DNA of 64,000 bases from an uncultured Bacteroidaceae bacterium. Its GTDB lineage: Bacteria; Bacteroidota; Bacteroidia; Bacteroidales; SM23-62. A program made the translations under genes and the position numbers. Positions 57,087 through 64,000 of this stretch are shown here, in pieces. Numbering within the stretch: the stretch's first letter is position 1; the number at the start of each line of letters is the position of its first letter. The notes beneath the pieces were generated by a model. It did no database searches and had not been told where the DNA came from. It was given only the letters and a program-made list of their open reading frames with translations. The stretch covers positions 7,408 through 71,407 of the forward strand of contig CAYOPZ010000006.1 in NCBI GenBank assembly GCA_964406005.1, written 5' to 3'.

Positions 57087-57393
57087 AGTTTATGATCTCC
57101 TTTACTGTATGCTTTTCATGCAGTGCCAATCAAACGACGGACCATCCCGGTAGGGTTCAAATCCCAATTTTATTAAGTGATTGATTTAAAGAGATATAAA
57201 AAGTTATAAATGGGAAGAATGAACGAATGACAGTCGCAAAAATGCCAATATGGCATATCGCATGTTGAAAAGCATGCCAAAGTGTCATATTTCCCGGGGT
57301 TTCATGGCCGTACATGCCGTGGCATGCAAATTGATTTTTACAGGGTGAACGATTCGCAATGTTTAACCAGTCCGCAGTTTGCGGACATAAAAA

Positions 57394-57861
57394 ATGGAGG
57401 GCAAAGCCATGACACCAGCAAGATTTTCAGACAATGTATTTCCATCGTTCCCTTCATTATTCAACCGTTTTTTTGAAGGGGACCTGATGGATTGGTCGAG
57501 CACGAACTTTGCAGGTACAGGCTCCACACTGCCTGCCGTCAACGTAAAGGAAACCAAGGATGAATACCAGATCGAGGTGGCGGCACCGGGCATGCAGAAG
57601 GAGAACTTCAATGTGAACTATGAAAACGGGCGGTTGACGATTTCTTCCGAGTTCAAGGATGAAAAGAGGGAAGAAAAGGATGAAAACTATACGCGCAGGG
57701 AATATCGCTACCAGAGTTTCCAGCGTTCCTTCACCGTTCCGGAAAACATAGTGAACAGCGAGAAGATCCAGGCGAACTACGCCGATGGCATCCTTTACAT
57801 CACTCTGCCAAAACGTGAGGAAGTTAAGCCGAAACCGGCAAGGCAGATCAAGATATCCTAA
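57394..57861 (+). CDS. Hsp20/alpha-crystallin family small heat-shock protein
   Basis: Alpha-crystallin domain (PAVNVKETKDEYQIEVAAPGMQKENFNVNYENGRLTIS...FQRSFTVPENI...GILYITLPK). The start may be the ATG at 57409. Confidence 0.9.
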   Translation: MEGKAMTPARFSDNVFPSFPSLFNRFFEGDLMDWSSTNFAGTGSTLPAVNVKETKDEYQIEVAAPGMQKENFNVNYENGRLTISSEFKDEKREEKDENYTRREYRYQSFQRSFTVPENIVNSEKIQANYADGILYITLPKREEVKPKPARQIKIS

Positions 57862-57983
57862 AAGGTATCTCAGCATCGGACCACAATCAGAGGACAGGGC
57901 ATTCGTCCCTGTCCTTTTAATTTTATCACGGTTTTTACCATATCCCGAGGATTTCCTTAAATTCGTCGGTAAAACGGAACGCC

Positions 57984-59048
57984 ATGCCCAGGTTGTTCAA
58001 ACTTCATATCGGGGCCAAGGGAAGCATGCCGGGTTCCCTGGTATTTGTCGGCGAACAGAAACAGGAGAAAGTCCGGATCCGGGTGATGTGCTACGATTCC
58101 AACACCCTGGAGGAGAAGGAATGTGAATCGATCGACGAGGCCTTCGGATTCATCCAGGAGAAAAAACTGACCTGGATCAACATCGACGGACTGCACGATC
58201 CGGAGATCGTCGAAAGGATTGGTGAACGGTTCAACGTTCACGGACTGCTGCTCGAGGACATCCTGAACACCCAGGATCGTCCGAAATTCTATGCCGGGGA
58301 CCGTTTTATTTTCGTGCTTGCCAAGATGCTCAGCTTTAGCGGCGGAAACGGTCAGATCGAATCCAACCAGCTCAGCATCCTGGCCGAAGAAAATACCGTG
58401 ATCACATTTCAGGAAAAGGTGGGAAGCCAGTTCGATCCCGTCCGGGAGAGGATACGCCATACCCCGAACAAGGTAAGGCTGATCCGGGCGGACTACCTGA
58501 CCTATGCACTGCTGGACAGCCTGGCGGATCATTACATCGAGATCATGGGACAGATCGCCAACCGGATCGATGATCTTGAAAATGAGGTCATGCAAAATCC
58601 CACCAAACATACGGCCGGAAAAATTTACCGCCATCGCAGCGAGATGAATTTCCTGCGCAAAGTCGTACTTCCCACAAAGGAAATAACCCTGGGATTCCTG
58701 AATTCGGACTCGGAGCTCATGGATGAAAAGACCAGGGATTATGTCAGGGACCTGAACGACCACGTAATTGTGCTGTCGGAGACCATCGACGCATACCAGA
58801 CCATCGTCATGGACCAGATGAACATGTACAACGCCCATATCTCCAACCGGGCGAACGAGATCATGAAAACCCTGACCATCTTTGCCAGCTTGTTCATTCC
58901 GATGACCTTCGTGGCGGGCATCTACGGAATGAATTTCAAGTTTATCCCGGAACTTTCATGGCACTGGGGGTATTTGTTCTTCTGGGGACTGATCCTTCTG
59001 CTCGGGGGCGGGCTGCTCATCTATTTCCGCAGGAAGAAATGGCTGTGA
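57984..59048 (+). CDS. corA: magnesium/cobalt transporter CorA
   Basis: YGMNF signature between two C-terminal TM helices. 354 aa. Confidence 0.9.
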   Translation: MPRLFKLHIGAKGSMPGSLVFVGEQKQEKVRIRVMCYDSNTLEEKECESIDEAFGFIQEKKLTWINIDGLHDPEIVERIGERFNVHGLLLEDILNTQDRPKFYAGDRFIFVLAKMLSFSGGNGQIESNQLSILAEENTVITFQEKVGSQFDPVRERIRHTPNKVRLIRADYLTYALLDSLADHYIEIMGQIANRIDDLENEVMQNPTKHTAGKIYRHRSEMNFLRKVVLPTKEITLGFLNSDSELMDEKTRDYVRDLNDHVIVLSETIDAYQTIVMDQMNMYNAHISNRANEIMKTLTIFASLFIPMTFVAGIYGMNFKFIPELSWHWGYLFFWGLILLLGGGLLIYFRRKKWL

Positions 59049-59096
59049 GCTAAAGACCCGTAGTAAACTGCCACACCCGGGGAAGGTAAACATCAC

Positions 59097-61481
59097 TTAC
59101 TCGTACCGGAGGGAATCGGCAGGATTGGTGTTGGCGGCCTTCAGGGTCTGGAAAAGAACGGTAATCCAGGCAATTATAAGCGCCGCCAGGGTTGCTGCGA
59201 TGAAAATCCAGATGCTGAGGTCCATACGGTAGGCGAACTCCTGAAGCCAGTTTTTCGCCCAAAGCCATGCCAGTATCCAGGCAAATACGCTGGCCAGCAG
59301 GATGAGCCAGGTAAATTCCCTGACCATGAGCACGGAAATCCCGGCCATGGAAGCCCCCATGGCTTTCCGGATCCCGATCTCCCGGGTGCGCTGCTCGGCT
59401 ATGAAGGCTGCCAGTCCAAACAGGCCCATGATGGCAATGAAGATCGCCAGGGCGGCAAAATAACGGAAGATCTTTCCCAGTTTCTGGTCGCCACGGTACA
59501 TCCGGTCGAAGTTTTCATCCATAAAGGAATACTCAAAGGGAAACTGGGGACAAACGGCCTTCCATTCCGTTTCGATGGACTTCAGGGCCTGGGCCACGTT
59601 ATCGGGACGGATGCGTATGTTTACATACCCGTACCATCCGTCGTTCCATACCAGCATCAGGGGCTCGATCTCCCGCCGGAGGGATTTGTAATGAAAGTCC
59701 TTCACAATGCCGAGGATCTCGATTTTCTCGGAAGGGATGGCGGTTATGTACCAGGAGGGATGATCGAAATGCTTTCCCACCAGGCTGTCCCTGTCCAGAA
59801 GCCTGGCCAGGGTCTCGTTGATGATGCAGGAACTCGCCTTTTCCGACTTCAGGTCCCACGAAAAATCACGTCCTTCCTTTATCTCCATTCCCATCAGGTC
59901 GATGTAATCCGGGTCGATCTGGTAAACACAGGGCCCCACCTGAACATCCTCCAGACTGAACGTTTCATAGTTGTCACTGCCCCCAGGCACCGTATAGGAA
60001 TAGGAAACCTTTTCAACCTGTGGATATTTAAGCAGATTTTCCCGGAACGCCTCCAGCTTACCCCGCAGATCGTTGTTCAAGCCCACCGTGACAACATGCT
60101 CTTTACGGAAGCCGAGGTCTTTGTGGCGCAGGTACTGGAGCTGGCTGTAAACCACAACGGTCCCGATGATCAGCACAACCGAGATGGTAAACTGGAAAAC
60201 GATCAGGATCTTGCGCAGGGTCCTGGCTGCTCTTCCCCTGGTCTTTTCTCCTTTCAGTACGCTTACCGGTTTGAACGCAGTGAGATAAAAGGCCGGGTAG
60301 AGTCCCGCCATTCCCCCGAGAATAATAATCCCCGCCAGAATGAACAGGAGGTTGACCGGGTTTTCCAGGTAGGCGATCCGAAGATCGTCGCCTACGATGT
60401 TCTCAAATTCCGGGAATACCAGTTCCACAAGCAACAGGCCGAGCAGGGTGGCGAAGAATGTTACCAGCAGGGATTCGGACAGGAACTGCCAGATCAGCTT
60501 TATTCTTCCCGACCCGACTACCTTTTTAATGCCCACCTCCATGGCCCGGCCGGCTGCCTTTGCCGTTGAAATATTGATGAAATTAATGCAGGCGATCAGG
60601 ATGATGAATACGGCTATGAAGATGAAAATGTAAACAAACTGCAGGTTGCCGTGGCGGGTCCCCACATCCCTCACCCCCCGGGCAAAATAGATTTCCTTGA
60701 TGGGTCTCATATAGGCCGACCATTCGTCCCCATCATCATCCTCTCCATAGAGTTCCGCGAACTTGTCGTGAAAAAATTTGTTGATCCTGCTGTCGACGGT
60801 ATCCGGATCAGCCAACTCTTCAATTTCAATGTAGGTGAGATACTGATAGGTCTTGTAGGTATACAGACGTTCCTTGCCGTAAAGCATTCCCAGGGTCACG
60901 AAGGAGATCATCATGTCGAAATCCAGATGGAAATTCGGAGGATCCTTGATCACCCCGGTAACCATCAGGTCCCTTCCGCTGGATGTTTTCAGCACCTTGC
61001 CAAGCGGAGATTCATCCTTGAAGATCTTTTCGGCAAGGCTTTCGATAAGCACCACCGTTGCAGGATCACAAAGTGCCGTGGCCGGATCTCCGGCAATCAT
61101 TTCCAGGTCAAAAAAATCAAACACGTTGCTGTCGGCCCACATGACCGTGGGGACATTGTACCTGCTTTCCCCGTAGTCCAGGAACCAGTCCCCGGAAAAC
61201 CGGATCCGCAGAAAAGCCCGTACCTCCGGCAGGCCCTGCTCCAGGTCAACCCCATGGGCGGACGTGGTCCATGCACCGGCGGAGCTGGCCTGAGCGAACT
61301 CAAGCCTGCCGACCGATTCCTGCTTGCTGATGAACCTGTCATAACTCAGCTCATTGCCCACATAATGCATGATCAGGATAAAGACACAGATGCCGATGGC
61401 AAGTCCCAGAATATTGATGATCGTAAGTCCCTTGTTGCGGAAAAGGTACCGGAAGGCGGTCCTCAGGTAATGATTTAACAT
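59097..61481 (-). CDS. ABC transporter permease (MacB-like periplasmic domain + FtsX-like, duplicated)
   Basis: 794 aa. N-terminal TM followed by a large extracytoplasmic domain, repeated twice, each repeat followed by a 3-TM FtsX-like bundle. This layout is typical of Bacteroidota. Confidence 0.8.
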   Translation of the reverse strand: MLNHYLRTAFRYLFRNKGLTIINILGLAIGICVFILIMHYVGNELSYDRFISKQESVGRLEFAQASSAGAWTTSAHGVDLEQGLPEVRAFLRIRFSGDWFLDYGESRYNVPTVMWADSNVFDFFDLEMIAGDPATALCDPATVVLIESLAEKIFKDESPLGKVLKTSSGRDLMVTGVIKDPPNFHLDFDMMISFVTLGMLYGKERLYTYKTYQYLTYIEIEELADPDTVDSRINKFFHDKFAELYGEDDDGDEWSAYMRPIKEIYFARGVRDVGTRHGNLQFVYIFIFIAVFIILIACINFINISTAKAAGRAMEVGIKKVVGSGRIKLIWQFLSESLLVTFFATLLGLLLVELVFPEFENIVGDDLRIAYLENPVNLLFILAGIIILGGMAGLYPAFYLTAFKPVSVLKGEKTRGRAARTLRKILIVFQFTISVVLIIGTVVVYSQLQYLRHKDLGFRKEHVVTVGLNNDLRGKLEAFRENLLKYPQVEKVSYSYTVPGGSDNYETFSLEDVQVGPCVYQIDPDYIDLMGMEIKEGRDFSWDLKSEKASSCIINETLARLLDRDSLVGKHFDHPSWYITAIPSEKIEILGIVKDFHYKSLRREIEPLMLVWNDGWYGYVNIRIRPDNVAQALKSIETEWKAVCPQFPFEYSFMDENFDRMYRGDQKLGKIFRYFAALAIFIAIMGLFGLAAFIAEQRTREIGIRKAMGASMAGISVLMVREFTWLILLASVFAWILAWLWAKNWLQEFAYRMDLSIWIFIAATLAALIIAWITVLFQTLKAANTNPADSLRYE

Positions 61482-61666
61482 TGTTGCCGGATTTAATCGA
61501 AATTATTAAAAACCCGGCATAGTCCAAACAATTCAAGTGCCATAAATCCTAAGATATTGAAATTCATATAGTTGAATAGTAACATACAAAATGCAATCCG
61601 GGGAATATGTGCGATTCCGTTACAATTTGTGTGTGATTTCGTTACGGTTTTATTAACTTGTGAATC

Positions 61667-63040
61667 ATGCAGGAATTAGGCAAGGCAAGAATCCTGGTCG
61701 TGGATGACGACTACGATGTACTGAAATCGGCAATGGTCCTGTTGAAACGGTTTTATACGGACATTCAGATCGAACAGGTGCCCGAGAACCTTATTAACAG
61801 GATCGAGAAGGAGGCATTCGACCTCATCCTGCTCGACATGAACTTCCAGAAGGGAAAGCGGGACGGGGAGGAGGGATTCAAATGGCTTGAAAGGATACTG
61901 GAGGCGGACCCGGATGCCGTGGTTGTCATGATCACCGCATACGGGGACATCGACCTGGCGGTTCGGACCATCCGTTCGGGCGCGGTTGATTTCGTGCTCA
62001 AGCCCTGGAAAAACGACAAGCTGCTTGCAACCGTTCATGCTGCCGTGGAATTGACACGCGCAAGGAAACAGGTAAGAATATTGCGGAAAAACCAGCGGGA
62101 ACTGATCGGGGACTCATCTGGTTTCCGGGAGATCAAAGGCGAATCCCCTGCCTTCCGGGAATGCCTTGGAATAGCCGAGAAAGTAGCTGCAACGGATGCC
62201 AATGTATTGATCACCGGTGAAAATGGGAGCGGCAAAGAGCTCGTTGCCAGGAATATTCACTGGCTTTCCGCCCGGAGCGACCGGCCCTTTGTGGCTGTTG
62301 ACCTGGGTTCCATCGCTGAAAACCTCTTCGAAAGCGAATTGTTCGGGCATAAGAAAGGGGCGTTTACGGATGCCAGGGAGGACAAGACCGGGCGGTTTGA
62401 ACTGGCCGACGGCGGGAGCATATTCCTGGATGAGATAGGGAACCTTGGTTTGGGACTCCAGGCCAAACTGCTTGCCGTATTGCAGCGAAAGACGGTAATA
62501 AGGGTTGGATCCACCGAGGAAATCCCGGTGGATTTCAGGCTGATATGCGCAACCAACCGCTTGCCTTCCCAGATGGTTGAACGCCGGGAATTCAGGGAGG
62601 ACCTTCTGTACAGGATCAATACCGTCGAAATCCGGGTTCCCCCGCTGAGGAACCGGCCGGAGGACATAAAGCCCCTGTTTGAGCACTTCCTGGGTATCTA
62701 TTCCAGGAAATACCACCGGTCCGGATTCCAAATCGGTTCGAAGACCTATGAGGAGCTGAGAAAATACCGGTGGCCCGGCAACGTAAGGGAATTACAACAT
62801 GCCGTCGAGCGGGCAGTCATCCTGAACGAAGGCAAGACACTGAAATACGGGGACATCATCCCGGACGGCATCATGGAAAAGACCCCTCAGAAAAAGGAGG
62901 TCACCACCCTGGATGAAATGGAGAAAGAGCATATCGTAAGGATCATACAGAAAAACCGGGGAAACATAACACGGGCTTCGAAAGACCTCGGGATCTCCCG
63001 AACGGCGCTTCACCGGAGAATACGTAAATATGGCTTATAG
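61667..63040 (+). CDS. sigma-54-dependent response regulator (NtrC/Fis family)
   Basis: Receiver domain (LILLDMNF). AAA+ domain with GENGSGKE, GAFTDA and ESELFGH. C-terminal Fis-type HTH (NITRASKDLGISRTALHRRI). Confidence 0.92.
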   Translation: MQELGKARILVVDDDYDVLKSAMVLLKRFYTDIQIEQVPENLINRIEKEAFDLILLDMNFQKGKRDGEEGFKWLERILEADPDAVVVMITAYGDIDLAVRTIRSGAVDFVLKPWKNDKLLATVHAAVELTRARKQVRILRKNQRELIGDSSGFREIKGESPAFRECLGIAEKVAATDANVLITGENGSGKELVARNIHWLSARSDRPFVAVDLGSIAENLFESELFGHKKGAFTDAREDKTGRFELADGGSIFLDEIGNLGLGLQAKLLAVLQRKTVIRVGSTEEIPVDFRLICATNRLPSQMVERREFREDLLYRINTVEIRVPPLRNRPEDIKPLFEHFLGIYSRKYHRSGFQIGSKTYEELRKYRWPGNVRELQHAVERAVILNEGKTLKYGDIIPDGIMEKTPQKKEVTTLDEMEKEHIVRIIQKNRGNITRASKDLGISRTALHRRIRKYGL

Positions 63041-64000
63041 ACGCTATCACCTTTGGTTCATTGTACGGATCGTATTCCTGGTCCTGAACGTATTCCTTAC
63101 GGGCAGCAGCTACGTTCTGATAGGGCAGCGAGACCTGTTGTTCCTGCCCATGATTCTGACCATCGTACTCATTGTCCAGGTGATCGAGCTGATCCTTTAC
63201 CTGAACAGGCTCAGCAGGGAAATCGCACGGTTCATCGAAAACCTGAGCCACCAGGACCTCTCCGAGAAATTTGAAGAAAAATCCATGGGAAGGCCCTTCC
63301 GGGACCTTTACCGTTCACTGAACCGCATCGTTGCTGAACTGGAAGGCATAAAACTTGAAAAGGAAGCGCAGTATAACTACATGCAGATCATTCTCGGTCA
63401 CATCTCAACCGGGATCATCTCGGTAAAAGATAAGGATGAGGTGGTACTGATGAACGAATCGGCAAGGGAATTGCTGGACCTTCCGGAACGTATTTCCTGG
63501 AAAGGGATAGCATCACGGAACCCTGAACTGGCCGGGGAAATCAATAAAATCAGGGGGCGGGGGAAAAGGCTTGTGGAAGTCACCGTCAACGGCGTACTCA
63601 GGCACCTGTCCCTGAACGTTAGCTCGGTCAGGATACTGGGTTCACGGTACCGGATCATAACCCTTCAGGACATCCGTACAGAAATCGAGCAAAAGGAGAT
63701 AGAAGCCTGGCACAAGCTGATCCAGATCCTCCGCCACGAGATCCGCAACTCGGTCACCCCCATTGCCTCCATGTCCGAGACCATCCTCATGTTGGTGGAA
63801 GACCAGCTCGGGCGGACGAAAAAACCTTCAGAACTTGCGGAAAGGGATATGGAGGATATTCATTCCAGCATCCGGACCGTGCACGACCGCAGTGAACGGC
63901 TTTACCGGTTCGTGGAAAAATACAGGCAGTTGACCCGGCTTCCGCCGCCTGAAAAAGAAACGCTTAGCGTAAAGGATCTGTTCGGGACGATGCTCAAGTT
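63030..64000 (+). CDS. sensor histidine kinase (partial; runs off the right edge)
   Basis: Hand-translated from the ATG at 63030, which overlaps the regulator stop by 11 nt: MAYRRYHLWFIVRIVFLVLNVFL... It has two TM segments, a PAS-like region and the H-box LRHEIRNSVTPI. It is not in the ORF track because it has no stop in the window. Confidence 0.75.
   Translation, partial: MAYRRYHLWFIVRIVFLVLNVFLTGSSYVLIGQRDLLFLPMILTIVLIVQVIELILYLNRLSREIARFIENLSHQDLSEKFEEKSMGRPFRDLYRSLNRIVAELEGIKLEKEAQYNYMQIILGHISTGIISVKDKDEVVLMNESARELLDLPERISWKGIASRNPELAGEINKIRGRGKRLVEVTVNGVLRHLSLNVSSVRILGSRYRIITLQDIRTEIEQKEIEAWHKLIQILRHEIRNSVTPIASMSETILMLVEDQLGRTKKPSELAERDMEDIHSSIRTVHDRSERLYRFVEKYRQLTRLPPPEKETLSVKDLFGTMLK

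Noticed and set aside
55890-57095. 401-aa + strand ORF, plus 55038..55676 and other + ORFs
   Set aside because: They are antisense to clpB, whose identity is unambiguous (two AAA+ modules). They are GC-rich shadow frames.
57313-57340. Sigma-54 promoter (TGGCATG-N4-TTGA) upstream of hsp20
   Set aside because: The -12 element does not match TTGC(A/T), and the spacing is only approximate. The TGGCAT repeats are better described as palindromic protein-binding sites.
57957-58838. 293-aa minus-strand ORF
   Set aside because: It is antisense to corA, which has the YGMNF signature and C-terminal TM pair on the + strand.
59691-61478. Two + strand ORFs of 292 and 275 aa
   Set aside because: They are antisense to the 794-aa FtsX/MacB-type permease, which has the expected duplicated TM and periplasmic-domain layout.

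Overview
All domain calls below come from reading motifs by eye, because no HMM, BLAST or folding tools were available. The window looks like a Bacteroidota-type chromosome. Supporting signs are a T9SS C-terminal sorting domain, CarboxypepD_reg/TonB-dependent receptors, DUF4249 and PepSY-like lipoproteins, and TAnnTTTG -7 promoter boxes.

The window has two parts.

(1) G+C-rich chromosomal flanks cover 1-1.6 kb and about 47.6-64 kb. They hold ordinary genes:
- an exported hypothetical protein;
- a tRNA with a CAU anticodon;
- a T9SS-sorted protein;
- a TetR/ABC/ABC-2 operon;
- a beta-helix protein;
- a Tat-signal aldo/keto reductase with Fe-S motifs;
- clpB, an Hsp20 gene and corA;
- an FtsX-type permease;
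- a sigma-54 two-component pair.

(2) An AT-rich integrated genomic island of about 40.7 kb spans 1575-42363. It sits in the 3' half of the tRNA(CAU) gene and is bounded by a perfect 46-bp direct repeat. My spot counts of single 60-nt lines gave roughly 35-42% G+C inside the island and about 60% in the right flank. These are spot checks, not a computed profile.

The island carries three modules:
- a tyrosine integrase, an excisionase-type HTH and a VirE/VapE-like primase-helicase, with no transfer genes;
- an envelope cargo block: two-component system, TolC/MFP/RND efflux, PagL-like protein, PepSY-like protein, ECF sigma/anti-sigma, two TonB-dependent receptors, PAP2 phosphatase and a metallophosphoesterase;
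- one long minus-strand defence operon.

The defence operon reads XRE-HTH, hsdM, hsdS, SIR2-like, HerA-like, a deaminase/HATPase_c_4/wHTH fusion, hsdR, then a small membrane protein.

The most interesting candidate for something undescribed is the deaminase-fusion gene at 30442-31938. It is wedged between a SIR2-HerA pair and hsdR. An array of AACATAGAC/GTCTATGTT palindromes lies immediately downstream of it, in front of hsdR.

A segment of intermediate composition (42.4-47.6 kb: TetR, MMPL exporter, LolA-like protein, OM protein) follows the right island junction.
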